DNA of 64,000 nt, taken from Bacilli bacterium (lineage in GTDB: Bacteria; Bacillota_I; Bacilli_A; RF39; UBA660). Every line of letters begins with the position of its first letter. Positions within the stretch are counted from its first letter, which is position 1. A program made the position numbers and the translations under genes. Shown here piece after piece: positions 1 to 9,972 of the stretch. Location of the stretch: assembly GCA_017536505.1 (NCBI GenBank), contig JAFXHG010000038.1, forward strand, positions 65,163 through 129,162, read 5' to 3'. The notes under the pieces were generated by a model. That model worked only from the letters and a program-made list of their open reading frames with translations, was not told the origin of the DNA and ran no database searches.

Positions 1-39
1 AATGTTAAAATTAGGTTGATATAATATAAGGAGGTTCTT

Positions 40-825
40 ATGGTATATAATTTTAAAGAATACAAACCTATATTTGATACTCCAATGAAAAGGCAACAAG
101 AATTGGCAATTGCAAGAAAAATAATGGATTTATTAAATAAAAATAAATATGATAATTTAGAAGAATTTATAACAAAAAATAATAACTATCAAGATTTTCT
201 TAAGAAAAATAATATGGTAACAGTTATAAAACATTTTGGCAATACACTAAAAGAAGAAGACTACGTAAAATTGTTAGAAAATTTAAGAGTACTTACTAAA
301 ACAAAACAAGATTTTGCAAAAGAAAATATCAAAACTACTAATATAGATGATAAACAATATAATTCTTTTAAAGGAGAAGATAAAACTTATTTTATAGATA
401 ATTCTAGAACTGATAAACCTATTGAAGAACAAATGAAAGATTTACAGCACACACAACAAAATTTTCAAACAACTGACCCAAAAAGAAACACAGAAAATAT
501 GTTTAAAGAGTTAGAAAGAAAAAAAGAGGGTTTAAATCTTAATTATTTACATGAAATCAATTTTGATTTATTAAATAACGAAGAAAAAGAGTTATACAAT
601 GCCGCAAATAATTATCAACAAACTCTGGATACTGGCGTTATAAGAGTAGATTTAAAAAAAGGCGTTATTGTTGATGAATTAGATAACATTATGAAAATAG
701 AGAAAGAAAATGATCAATTCTCAATAATTAAAGAAGAAAATGGTATAAAAAAAGAAGAACAAGTTAAACAAAAAACTTTCCAAAAAACATTAACACCTAG
801 CAAAAATACCATTTATAGTAATTAG
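40..825 (+). CDS. hypothetical protein (K/E/N/Q-rich, no recognisable domain)
   Basis: 261-codon ORF with AAGGAGG a few nt upstream of the ATG; no catalytic or binding motif recognised. Confidence 0.55.
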   Translation: MVYNFKEYKPIFDTPMKRQQELAIARKIMDLLNKNKYDNLEEFITKNNNYQDFLKKNNMVTVIKHFGNTLKEEDYVKLLENLRVLTKTKQDFAKENIKTTNIDDKQYNSFKGEDKTYFIDNSRTDKPIEEQMKDLQHTQQNFQTTDPKRNTENMFKELERKKEGLNLNYLHEINFDLLNNEEKELYNAANNYQQTLDTGVIRVDLKKGVIVDELDNIMKIEKENDQFSIIKEENGIKKEEQVKQKTFQKTLTPSKNTIYSN

Positions 826-838
826 AAAGGAAGATATT

Positions 839-1225
839 ATGAATAATAACATTAATTTTGATCCTATGACAGGTCAACCAATAAATCAAAATTTAAATAA
901 TAATGTTGTGCCTGAACAAAATCAAGCAGTAAATGTACAACCTGTTCCTACTGTTGAACCAGTTCAACCTGTACCTGTAGAACCTATAGATAATCTTCAA
1001 CCAGCAGCTACTGTTAACAACGGAGCATATATTCAACAACAAATGCAAAATATACCTACAGTTGAACAATCTAAACAAGAATTTATTAATAACACTCAAG
1101 CTAATAGTACTATGAAAAAAGAAGAAAAAAAAGAAGGACCTAATTTAACTTTTATTGTAATTTTATTTGTAATTATTTTTGCTGCAATATTCTTCTTATT
1201 TCCATACTTATTAAAAGTATTATAA
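839..1225 (+). CDS. hypothetical protein, Q/P/V-rich with C-terminal transmembrane anchor
   Basis: ORF follows the previous gene with GAAAGGAAG upstream; the C-terminal stretch FIVILFVIIFAAIFFLFPYLL is hydrophobic. Confidence 0.5.
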   Translation: MNNNINFDPMTGQPINQNLNNNVVPEQNQAVNVQPVPTVEPVQPVPVEPIDNLQPAATVNNGAYIQQQMQNIPTVEQSKQEFINNTQANSTMKKEEKKEGPNLTFIVILFVIIFAAIFFLFPYLLKVL

Positions 1226-1256
1226 AAAATCTTTAGAAATTTTTCTAAAGATTTTT
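1225..1256. terminator. bidirectional intrinsic terminator between convergent genes
   Basis: Inverted repeat AAAAATCTTTAGAAA / TTTCTAAAGATTTTT flanked by A- and T-runs. Confidence 0.6.
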
Positions 1257-2591
1257 TTATTTTAATTTTAATACTTGACCTATACTTAGTAATGTAGTTC
1301 CTAAATTGTTTATTCTCATAAGTTCACTTACTGTTGTATTATTTTCTCTAGCTATTTTATATAGATTATCTCCACTCTTTATTGTGTACGTACTACTTGC
1401 TGTAGTGATTGGTAACTTTAGCACCTGCCCTATACTCAGTAAAGTACTAGATAAATTATTAATACTCATGAGGTCACTTACTGTTGTATTATTTTTTCTA
1501 GCTATTTCATATAAGTTATCTCCACTCTTTACTGTATATGTATTTCCCATACCTGTTGTAGTACTTGGTAACTTTAATATCTGACCTATACTTAATGCTG
1601 TACTACTTAGATTATTTAAATTAACTAACTCGTTTACTGTGGTATTATAATTTTGAGCTATTTTATATAGACTATCTCCGCTTTTTACTGTGTATGTATT
1701 TTCTGTAATTGTTGTTACAGGTATTTCTAATAATTGACCTATACTAAGTGCTGTAGAGGTTAAGTTGTTTAACTGTATTATTTCACTTACTGTCGTATCA
1801 TAGTTTTGAGCTATTTTATATAAGCTGTCTCCTTTTTTTACCACATAAACATTTTCTTTTGGTTCTTCTTCCACTATAACAGGTATCTTTAAGACATCTC
1901 CTATGGTAAGCATAGAACTAGTAAGTCCATTAGCTTCTTTTAAATCAGATACACTTACATTATATTTTTTAGCTATACTCCATAAACTATCTCCACTTTT
2001 TACTGTATAATAATTTCCTCCTTCTACAGGAACATAAGTTAAATTCAAATATTCTATAATAGCCCTAACAACTGCCTCTGCATAATTTTCCCAATTGTTT
2101 TTTAATTGATTAACATCATCACCAGTACTATCTAGAAAACCATATTCAACAGTTATAGATTCTGTATCTCCTGTATTTCTTTGCATAAAATAATAATCTT
2201 TAGACGTATCACTAGGTAATCTCCTTTGATATGCTTTTCTAATATTTTGTCCCTCATTTTCAATTTCTGTTAATATCAAATTAGATAATGTATCTTTATT
2301 TCTAAGCGCATAAATTACTTCAGCGCCATCGCCACCTCCTGCATTTATATGATTAGAAATAACTAATACATCACTACTATCTCCAAAAGCATTTAAAACT
2401 CTATTTACTCTTTCTGTAGGGCTTAATGTCTCATCAGTAGTTCTAGTCATTTTAACATCCAAACCTAACTCTCTTAATCTATCATAAATATATTGAGAAA
2501 TTTTTAGTGTGTATTCTTTTTCTACTATTCCATTTCCGCTAGCACCCGGATCATTTCCTCCATGACCTGCATCAATTACAACTTTTGCCAT
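1257..2591 (-). CDS. N-acetylmuramoyl-L-alanine amidase (Amidase_3 type) with five C-terminal LysM repeats
   Basis: N-terminus VVIDAGHGGNDPGA...ISNHINAGGG is typical of Amidase_3; five copies of Y(T/V)VKSGD(S/N)L(Y/W)xIAxxYNxxVxxLxxxNxL (LysM). Confidence 0.9.
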   Translation of the reverse strand: MAKVVIDAGHGGNDPGASGNGIVEKEYTLKISQYIYDRLRELGLDVKMTRTTDETLSPTERVNRVLNAFGDSSDVLVISNHINAGGGDGAEVIYALRNKDTLSNLILTEIENEGQNIRKAYQRRLPSDTSKDYYFMQRNTGDTESITVEYGFLDSTGDDVNQLKNNWENYAEAVVRAIIEYLNLTYVPVEGGNYYTVKSGDSLWSIAKKYNVSVSDLKEANGLTSSMLTIGDVLKIPVIVEEEPKENVYVVKKGDSLYKIAQNYDTTVSEIIQLNNLTSTALSIGQLLEIPVTTITENTYTVKSGDSLYKIAQNYNTTVNELVNLNNLSSTALSIGQILKLPSTTTGMGNTYTVKSGDNLYEIARKNNTTVSDLMSINNLSSTLLSIGQVLKLPITTASSTYTIKSGDNLYKIARENNTTVSELMRINNLGTTLLSIGQVLKLK

Positions 2592-2645
2592 ATCATCACT
2601 CCTACACTATTATATTCAACCATAAAAAAAAGGTATCTAAATACC

Positions 2646-3605
2646 TTATAATTCTATAATAACTTTATGAGGCGTTACATCCCTATAATATTCTATTTCT
2701 ATTTTATCACCTATTTTATTTTTATATAATTCTTCTCTTAATTGATTAACATTAGTAATCTTTTTATTATCAAATTTAGTAATTACATCCCCTTTTTGTA
2801 ATTTAGCATTATCTAATACAGATAAACTATTTACCTCAAGCAGGACAACACCATAATCATGATTTGTATTAATTCCATATTCATTTAATAAATCAGTATT
2901 AGTCGTATTACACATTACTGCGCCTAAATTAGGTCTATTTAATTCTTTACTTTCTAATTTTTCTGCTATATCCATAACAAAATTAATTGGTAATGCATAG
3001 CTAACTTCATCATTTTCTTTTATAAACATCATACCTATTACTTCATTAATACTATTTAGTAATGGACTACCACTATTTCCATCATCTACTTTAGCATTTA
3101 CTTCAATAACATTTAAATTACTACTACCATGTGTAGTTTCAATAGTTATTTTTTTATTTACAGATAATATAGTACCAGCAACTTTAGTATTTATATTACT
3201 TATATCTAATGGAGTACCAATTACATATATTTTATCATTAACATTTACTTTATCACTATTACCAATACTGATCTCTTTCAATTTTAAAACATCTTTTATT
3301 GTTAAAACAGCAATATCTGTATATTCATCATAGTTTAATATATCAGCTTTAACTTTTTCTTTTTCGTTGTTATAAACATATACATCAGTATAGCCCTCTA
3401 TCACATGATAACTAGTAACAACATAATTTATACCATCTTCTATTTTATATACAAAACCCGATCCACTTCTAATTGTTGTTTCGTCTATCGATTCAATATA
3501 AACAACTGAATTATAAATATTATCTTTTTTATTAAGGATTAAGACAGTTATTAAGCTTCCTAGTATTAATATGATAATACCTATATATCCTAATATTTTT
3601 TTCAT
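2646..3605 (-). CDS. membrane-anchored trypsin-like serine protease with C-terminal PDZ (HtrA/DegP-like)
   Basis: N-terminal TM; triad contexts SYHVIEG, DIAVLTI, GNSGSPLL; PDZ-like tail (KGDVITKFDNKKI). The track start at 3632 is a TTG; the ATG at 3605 overlaps the upstream stop as TAATG. Confidence 0.85.
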   Translation of the reverse strand: MKKILGYIGIIILILGSLITVLILNKKDNIYNSVVYIESIDETTIRSGSGFVYKIEDGINYVVTSYHVIEGYTDVYVYNNEKEKVKADILNYDEYTDIAVLTIKDVLKLKEISIGNSDKVNVNDKIYVIGTPLDISNINTKVAGTILSVNKKITIETTHGSSNLNVIEVNAKVDDGNSGSPLLNSINEVIGMMFIKENDEVSYALPINFVMDIAEKLESKELNRPNLGAVMCNTTNTDLLNEYGINTNHDYGVVLLEVNSLSVLDNAKLQKGDVITKFDNKKITNVNQLREELYKNKIGDKIEIEYYRDVTPHKVIIEL

Positions 3606-4537
3606 TAATCTAACTCTACTATGTCTCTCCAATTATCTGGAAATCCTATCTTATTTAAGAAATTATTTATTGGTAATATATTAGTTTTTCCTTCTAACAT
3701 ATCTATTTCATAACCAACTTCATTTATAAATTCTCTAAATTCTTTCTCAGTTAATAATTGTTTTAAAATTATAACTACTGAGAACAAATCATTTTTACCA
3801 TAATTATATTCCCCATCAGTCATATCTATATTAAGTAGATAGTGATATCTAGTATCTGGTATTAATTTTTGAGTTCTATGATCATATAAAATATCCTCAT
3901 GAGCACATAAATTTCTATAATTAGATAGTATTGATAAATAAATTGCTAAAGACTCAACATCTAAATTATATAAGCCTGATATTTCAATTTGGTCTGAATC
4001 ATCTAAAATATCATAAAGTTCGCCAACAATTCCAAAACTTAATACCTTTACTAATATCCATAAAGGAATATATCCATAATTAGTAACATAATGCATTGTT
4101 GCGGAATGATGTTTAACATTTGTTCTTATTTGTCTTTTAACTTTATTAAGTACATCATGAACTTGTCTTACTTTTATTGGGTCTTTGGAATAGTTTTTAG
4201 GATTTAAATATTCTTTTTCTTTATATCCATATTTTTTAGATAATTGATAACTTATTAATGATTTAATATTATTTTCAATTATAAGTAAGTTTTTAAAAAA
4301 TATATTCCTTACTCTTCTATCAAATACAAACATAGCATATAGTTCTTCAAATGTAGTTCCAGGTATAAATTTTTCATCTCTTTTAGATTTCATAAATAAA
4401 TGTCTATAACCACTTATAAAGAAATAGTTTTCTCTAAGTAAGATGTTTTTTGTTTTTTCAACATCATTTATAACAAGTCCTTTAGATTTCAATATTTCTA
4501 TTTGTTCATCTAAAGTTTTAAATGTTTTTCTCGACAT
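3605..4537 (-). CDS. Abi_2 family (AbiD/AbiF-like) abortive-infection protein with HEPN-type R-x4-H motif
   Basis: N-terminus KTLDEQIEILKSKGL...ENYFFISGY is typical of Abi_2; the RNLCAH motif fits the HEPN R-x4-H pattern. Confidence 0.8.
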   Translation of the reverse strand: MSRKTFKTLDEQIEILKSKGLVINDVEKTKNILLRENYFFISGYRHLFMKSKRDEKFIPGTTFEELYAMFVFDRRVRNIFFKNLLIIENNIKSLISYQLSKKYGYKEKEYLNPKNYSKDPIKVRQVHDVLNKVKRQIRTNVKHHSATMHYVTNYGYIPLWILVKVLSFGIVGELYDILDDSDQIEISGLYNLDVESLAIYLSILSNYRNLCAHEDILYDHRTQKLIPDTRYHYLLNIDMTDGEYNYGKNDLFSVVIILKQLLTEKEFREFINEVGYEIDMLEGKTNILPINNFLNKIGFPDNWRDIVELD

Positions 4538-4587
4538 ACCATCACCATTATAATTATACTATAAATAAATTAAAAATACTAGATATT

Positions 4588-5133
4588 CTAGTATTCATAT
4601 ATTCCAAGTATTTTTTCTTGTTCTGTTTCTGTTAAATCATCAAGTACCCACTCATCATTTGTCTTAGTAAGTGAAAAATAGATAGTATATTTAACTCTTT
4701 CTTTATTATCTTTTAACAAATCAAGTTTGTATGTGTTAAATAATGTTTCATCAAATATACCTTCATCATCTAAGAACTCAGATTCATTAGTTGTTCTATA
4801 AGTTTCAGCTTGAGTTAATGCTTTAGTATAATCATTAACTTCTATTTCAGCCTCTACAGTAGCTTTATCTCCATTAACAGTTTCTTCTTTAATTGTATAA
4901 GTAAGATCTTGATAATGTTTTTTCATTATATCTCTATAAGTTGTTTGTTGATCTTCATCAAACATTTCTTCATTAGCAACTAAAGCATCTATTTCTGTAA
5001 GTACATTAGAATTTAAAGTTTGATAATCATTTAAATACGCCTCTACTTTTTTAGTAGGAGTATTATCCATATTACCTAAAGAACAGCCAGTCATCACTAA
5101 AGCAATACCAAGTATTGCTAATACTTTTTTCAT
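4588..5133 (-). CDS. lipoprotein, unknown function
   Basis: Signal peptide plus lipobox (LVMTGC). Confidence 0.65.
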   Translation of the reverse strand: MKKVLAILGIALVMTGCSLGNMDNTPTKKVEAYLNDYQTLNSNVLTEIDALVANEEMFDEDQQTTYRDIMKKHYQDLTYTIKEETVNGDKATVEAEIEVNDYTKALTQAETYRTTNESEFLDDEGIFDETLFNTYKLDLLKDNKERVKYTIYFSLTKTNDEWVLDDLTETEQEKILGIYEY

Positions 5134-5181
5134 AAAAAATCCCTCCCTTAATAATATGGGAGAGATTTTTCTTATTATACA

Positions 5182-5727
5182 TTAATTTTTAATTTTATTA
5201 TATAAATCATTTAAAGTATCTTTATCATTATTATATACTTCGTGTGCTGAATTTTTTAATCCTTCTTTATTTTCTTCATACCAAGTAGTTGTTTTATCTA
5301 TCCAACCATTTATTGTACTTTTGTCATTTTCTATAATTTCTTCATTTTTTTCTTTAAGTTCATCTTTATTAGTATCATACCAATCTTTAGCTTTTTCATA
5401 AGTATCCTTTACCTTGTTAGCTACCTTATCTAAAGTAGACTCTTCTTCTATAGTTATTTCTTCTTCATTAGATGGATCAATTGGTTTTTCTTCCATTTCT
5501 TGTTCTTCTTTTGATTCAGTAACTACATGATGTTTTTCTTCCTCTTTAACTGCATTTTCTATTTTAGTTTCTTCTTCGATTTTGTTTTCTTCTTCAATTA
5601 CTTCTTCTTTTTTTATTTCTTCTTTTATTTGATCATCTTGATATATATTTATAGTTATATTTTTTTCATTTTTTCCACAACCAATACATAACAAACATAT
5701 AGCAAAAATTAATACAACTTTCTTCAT
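5182..5727 (-). CDS. E/K-rich lipoprotein, unknown function
   Basis: Lipobox LLCIGCG; GGTGG RBS favours the ATG at 5727 over the GTG at 5736. Confidence 0.6.
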   Translation of the reverse strand: MKKVVLIFAICLLCIGCGKNEKNITINIYQDDQIKEEIKKEEVIEEENKIEEETKIENAVKEEEKHHVVTESKEEQEMEEKPIDPSNEEEITIEEESTLDKVANKVKDTYEKAKDWYDTNKDELKEKNEEIIENDKSTINGWIDKTTTWYEENKEGLKNSAHEVYNNDKDTLNDLYNKIKN

Positions 5728-5770
5728 TACAACCACCTATGTAGTATTCTATCATCTAATAATTGTGTTG

Positions 5771-7503
5771 TCAAACTCCATATTTTAAACCTTTTTTCTT
5801 TAAAATTAGTTTCCTAATAAAATCAAACGGTATTACTGTAAGAGCAAATAAAATCATTACCTCTAATTCAAATAAAGATAACCCACTAGTTCTAAATATT
5901 GAACCTCCAAAATATATAAGTAATATTTGAACTATAACTATAAACAACATTATAAGTAAGAATATTTTATTTTTTAAGATATTAGCAAATATATTTAATC
6001 TGTGAGTCCTAGAATTAAAACTATTAAATATATCAATAAATATAAATAATCCAAAGAATGCTGTATATAAGTATATTTCACTTCTAAATAGATTTTTTAT
6101 AAATGGAAGTTTTAAGAATAATATACATATTAACGAAGAATATATTCCCGTTAAAAATATTTGATTAATCATGTATTTATTTATTATAGGTTCATCCTTT
6201 TTCTTAGGATATTCATTCATATACTCTTTTAATGGCGGTTCAAATGAAAATGCAAGTCCTGCTAAAGTATCCATAACCATATTTATCCATAACATTTGTA
6301 TCACTGTTATGGGCATTTCTATATTTATAAATGGACCTATTATAGATAACGATAAAGCACATAAATTTATAGTTAATTGAAGTATTATAAATTTTCTTAT
6401 ACTTTTAAAAATTGTTCTACCAAATAATATAGCCTTTGATATAGATAAGAAGTTATCATCTAATATAACTATATCACTTGCTTCTTTAGCAACTTCAGTA
6501 CCACTACCCATGCTAAATCCTACATCAGCTTTTTTGAGTGCGGGAGCATCATTAACTCCATCTCCTGTCATACCTACTACTAAATTCATTTCTTGGCTAA
6601 TTCTAACCAATCTACTTTTATCTGTTGGCAGACTGCGAGCAACTACTGATATTTGCAAAAGCTTACTTTTCAGTTCATCATCACTTAGTTTATTTAATTC
6701 TTCACTAGTTAGAATCAAATCCCCAGATTTATAAATTCCTACTTCTTTTGCTATTGAAGTAGCTGTTTCCTTATTATCGCCTGTAATCATTATAGTTTTA
6801 ATATGAGCATTATTAACTAAATTTACTCCCTCTATTGCTTCAGGTCTTACATCGTCTTTAATTAAAACTATACCTACTAAAGTTAAATTTTTTAAATCAT
6901 TCATATCTCTATTTTTAGAAGTAGCAAGTATAAGTACTCTTATACCATTTTTAGTATTATCATTTATTAAAGATTGTATTCTATTTGTATTTATTAGTTT
7001 TCTAACATTTCCAAAATTGTCATAATAACTAATACAATTTTTTAAAAGTTTTTCAGGTGCACCTTTTATTAAATTAATTCCATCTATTTTAGTTATTGAG
7101 TATTTATTTTTACTATCAAAAGGCAATATGTCTTCTTTTTTTATTTTTGTATTATCATTTTTAAAATAAGATAAAATAGCCCTATCAGTAATATTTCCAC
7201 CTATTACTTTATCTCCATCATAACTACTTTGATTATTTCCTAAACAAGATAATTTGACAATATTATAATATTTTTTATTTTTTTCTAAATCTTTTTCTTT
7301 TTTATACTCTTTTAAATCTCCACTAATTATACTTTTAACTTCAAGTTTTCCTTTAGTGAGTGTACCTGTTTTATCAGTAAAAAGAATATTAATACTTCCA
7401 CTAGTTTCTATACCAACAAGTTTTCTAACTAATACATTATTTTTTAACATCCTTTTCATATTAGAAGAAAGAACTAAAGTAATCATCATTGGTAAACCTT
7501 CTG
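5771..7503 (-). pseudogene. 3' (C-terminal) part of a P-type cation (Ca2+-type) ATPase gene split by ICE insertion
   Basis: Contains DKTGTLT, MITGDN and GDGVNDAPALKKADVG. The reading frame is open upstream of the ORF-track start through EGLP to the junction, with no start context of its own. Confidence 0.85.
7498..7503. repeat. left junction core (attL), CTTCTG direct repeat
   Basis: The same hexamer occurs at 56684-56689, at exactly the points where the two ATPase halves end. Confidence 0.7.
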
Positions 7504-7513
7504 ATTGATTCCC

Positions 7514-9115
7514 TTAATGATTATATTTCTCTAATAAAAAATTTAATTTATTAAAATTAAAGTATATATCATATTCCTTATTTTTATGTATTTCTATTCT
7601 CCTTATCAATTTAATCATAAGGTCTCTGTCTATATTACCATTTAAAAAATCCTTGATTAATTGTTTGCTTTCACTATTCATTTCTTCATTATTTTCATCT
7701 TCGTTTGTAGCACTTTGCAATTCCATTAATGTTGCTTGTAATCTATTAATTTCTAATTTCTTTTTTTCACTAATTCTTGCATACATAGCATCATCAATTT
7801 TACCATCCATTTTATCTAAATACATATTATCTAGTTGCTCTGTCTTTATTTTAATATCGTTAATTATATTATCTAATTTGATTTTATTATCCTCTATTAT
7901 TTTAGTTTTCTTTTTTATATCTTCTGCACTTTCATTTATTTTATTTCCATCCATAATTTTTGTAAATAAAGTTTTAAGCATTTTTAATATATGTTCTTCT
8001 ATTTTATCATAATTATATGAATGTGAAGTACATAACTTTTGTTTTGAATACATCCTATAATAATTACATACTATATATGTTCTACCATCACTCTTTCTAG
8101 GTTTGCATATTGAAATTCTGTGCTTGCAATCATAACAATATAACAAACCATCTAAAAGTCTATAAATTTCTTTTTTAGGCCTAGTCTTACAATTTTTTAA
8201 TCTATGTTGTATAAATTCAAATGTCTTTCTATCTACTAAAGGTTCGTGAGTATTTGGCACTACTATCCATCTTTCTTTAGGAACATCTTGTATTTGTCTC
8301 ACTTTATAACTAACTCTACATCTTCTATTTTGTACCATATCTCCTAAATATAATTCGTTCTCTAACATATTTCTGACAGTTTTAGAGCACCATATACCCT
8401 CATTAGCCATAGGTGTATTACTATGCTTTCTTCTCAACATTGAAGCTGTAGGTATTTTTTCTTCATTTAATTTTTCTTTTATTTCAAAATAAGTAAAACC
8501 TTTTTTAGCCCAATCAAATATCTTTCTAACTATATATGCTTCGTCTTCATTAACAACTAAATGATTTCTATTTTCAGGATCCGGCATATATCCTAATGGA
8601 GCACATCCACCAACCCACAAGCCTTTTAATTGTTTTGTTTTTAATGCTGTTCTAATTTTTTTTGAATTATCCTTTGAATACATATCGTTTATTACAGCTT
8701 TAAAAGGCGCAATATCATTGTTTGTAGTTTCAGAGGCAGTATCTATACCATCTAATATTGAAACAAACCTAATCCTTTTTTTAGGAAAATATTTTTCTAC
8801 ATATTCACCCGTTTCTATATAATCCCTACCTAATCTAGATAAATCTTTAGTAAGTACCATATTGGCCCTACCTAATTCCAAATCAGTGATCATTCTTTGA
8901 AAATTTGGTCTATTAAAATTTGTCCCTGTATATCCATCATCAATATAAAAATCTACTATTTCAAGTCCTTGTTCATTTGCATAAGATTCTAATAAATCTT
9001 TTTGATTTTTAACACTTTCACTTTCATCTTTCTTGTCTAAATCTTCTTTTGATAATCTTATATATATAGCAACTCTGTATTTAGATTGATTATTTATTGT
9101 TAGTGTATTATACAT
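7514..9115 (-). CDS. large serine recombinase (resolvase domain + recombinase/zinc-ribbon + coiled-coil tail)
   Basis: VAIYIRLSKED...LTKDLSRLGRD resolvase N-terminus; Cys cluster CYDCKH...CNYY; stop codon about 10 nt from the junction. Confidence 0.9.
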   Translation of the reverse strand: MYNTLTINNQSKYRVAIYIRLSKEDLDKKDESESVKNQKDLLESYANEQGLEIVDFYIDDGYTGTNFNRPNFQRMITDLELGRANMVLTKDLSRLGRDYIETGEYVEKYFPKKRIRFVSILDGIDTASETTNNDIAPFKAVINDMYSKDNSKKIRTALKTKQLKGLWVGGCAPLGYMPDPENRNHLVVNEDEAYIVRKIFDWAKKGFTYFEIKEKLNEEKIPTASMLRRKHSNTPMANEGIWCSKTVRNMLENELYLGDMVQNRRCRVSYKVRQIQDVPKERWIVVPNTHEPLVDRKTFEFIQHRLKNCKTRPKKEIYRLLDGLLYCYDCKHRISICKPRKSDGRTYIVCNYYRMYSKQKLCTSHSYNYDKIEEHILKMLKTLFTKIMDGNKINESAEDIKKKTKIIEDNKIKLDNIINDIKIKTEQLDNMYLDKMDGKIDDAMYARISEKKKLEINRLQATLMELQSATNEDENNEEMNSESKQLIKDFLNGNIDRDLMIKLIRRIEIHKNKEYDIYFNFNKLNFLLEKYNH

Positions 9116-9171
9116 ATTCCCTCCTTATACTAACAACAACATTCACAACTATAATAAAAATACAATATATT

Positions 9172-9309
9172 TTATTTAATTGCAAATGTGCGATTTTGAT
9201 ATTTTTTTATAATTTCAATAAGTCTTTCTTCAAACGCTTCCATAACTATTTCTTCAAATGTTGGTCCTTCTTCATCAAAAAATATATTTACTTTGAATTC
9301 ATCTTCCAT
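9172..9309 (-). CDS. unannotated small acidic ORF (45 aa: MEDEFKVNIFFDEEGPTFEEIVMEAFEERLIEIIKKYQNRTFAIK)
   Basis: GGAGGA 7 nt upstream of the ATG; lies just upstream of the recombinase gene; below the ORF-track size cut-off. Confidence 0.4.
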   Translation of the reverse strand: MEDEFKVNIFFDEEGPTFEEIVMEAFEERLIEIIKKYQNRTFAIK

Positions 9310-9376
9310 TTTATAATCCTCCTACTTAACTTTATTAACCTAAAATAATAATAATGATATAAAAAAAGCGACAAAA

Positions 9377-9742
9377 TTAATTCAAACTTAATGACTCTTT
9401 TATCGCTCTATCAATTTTTTTAAACTCTATACCTTCAAGTTTACCTATATAGTTTTCTAATCTAGATTTATCAATAACTCTCATTTGTTCAAGTAATATA
9501 GTTGAACTTGATACTACATTTTTATTTCTATAAATTTTTACGTGAGTTGGCAACGGTTTTTCTATTTTACGCGTTGTACAAGGCGCTATTATAGTCGTAT
9601 TACTAAACATATTAGCTATATTATTTTGAATCACTACAACAGGTCTTTTACCACTTTGTTCGTGTCCTTTAGTTGGGCTTAAATCTACTAAATATATGTC
9701 TCCACGTCTTATCCTTTTTTCTTTATTTTTTTTGTTTGACAT
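9377..9742 (-). CDS. mazF: PemK/MazF-family endoribonuclease toxin
   Basis: RGDIYLVDLSPTKGHEQSGKRPVVVIQNN...IIAPCTT is the canonical MazF/PemK core; AGGAG lies 9 nt upstream of the ATG. Confidence 0.85.
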   Translation of the reverse strand: MSNKKNKEKRIRRGDIYLVDLSPTKGHEQSGKRPVVVIQNNIANMFSNTTIIAPCTTRKIEKPLPTHVKIYRNKNVVSSSTILLEQMRVIDKSRLENYIGKLEGIEFKKIDRAIKESLSLN

Positions 9743-9906
9743 ATAGCATAGCTCCTAGAAACAATAGGCATATTTAATTTATAAATATTAGTTTTATTTA
9801 ACATATCCCTAACCATTTCTTCTGCTTCTTTTTTACTTTCAGCTTCAACTTCTATTTTTTTTGTTTTTGAAAATTTAATATATACATTGTAATTGCATTT
9901 TTTCAT
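9709..9906 (-). CDS. putative cognate antitoxin (no MazE/AbrB/RHH motif recognised)
   Basis: 65-aa ORF with AAAGGAGG RBS; its 3' end overlaps mazF by 34 nt. The antitoxin call is by position only. Confidence 0.45.
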   Translation of the reverse strand: MKKCNYNVYIKFSKTKKIEVEAESKKEAEEMVRDMLNKTNIYKLNMPIVSRSYAICQTKKIKKKG

Positions 9907-9932
9907 TTTATTCCTCCTTTAAAACAAGTATA

Positions 9933-9956
9933 AAAGCAGAAAAGAATTTCTGCTTT
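9933..9956 (-). terminator. intrinsic terminator/attenuator directly upstream of the mazF-operon RBS
   Basis: 10-bp stem AAAGCAGAAA/TTTCTGCTTT with a 4-nt loop, followed on the minus strand by TATACTTGTTTT and then AAAGGAGG-ATG. Confidence 0.6.
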
Positions 9957-9972
9957 GATGATAATTTTTTAT

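Noticed and set aside
893-1099. Plus- and minus-strand shadow ORFs antisense to or nested in longer genes: 893-1099, 1306-1584, 6171-6380, 6510-6734, 7653-8012, 9097-9348, 11884-12072, 19095-19337, 22098-22466, 22998-23261, 25954-26371, 27138-27437, 29030-29245, 31182-31376, 32111-32395, 35762-35944, 38630-38830, 43261-43512, 45971-46325, 54250-54498, 56644-56829, 57082-57627, 57719-57973, 59283-59567, 62838-63029.
   Set aside because: Each lies inside a longer ORF with recognisable domains or operon context on the other strand or frame. They have low-complexity F/L/I/S-rich translations typical of antisense frames in AT-rich DNA, and no RBS.
1260-1900. Regularly spaced DNA repeats here, and also at 50451-51278 and 52260-53135, checked as possible CRISPR or other non-coding arrays.
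   Set aside because: They are in-frame coding repeats (LysM modules and Cna-B-like domains) without unique spacers. No cas genes and no CRISPR-type repeat-spacer architecture occur anywhere in the window.
6822-6830. A GGGAGTAAATTT match (minus strand) to the TGGGAGTAYAAA motif, outside the ICE in the ATPase gene.
   Set aside because: It is shorter, with a one-base deletion relative to the motif. It lies in a coding region outside the element, so it is treated as chance similarity.
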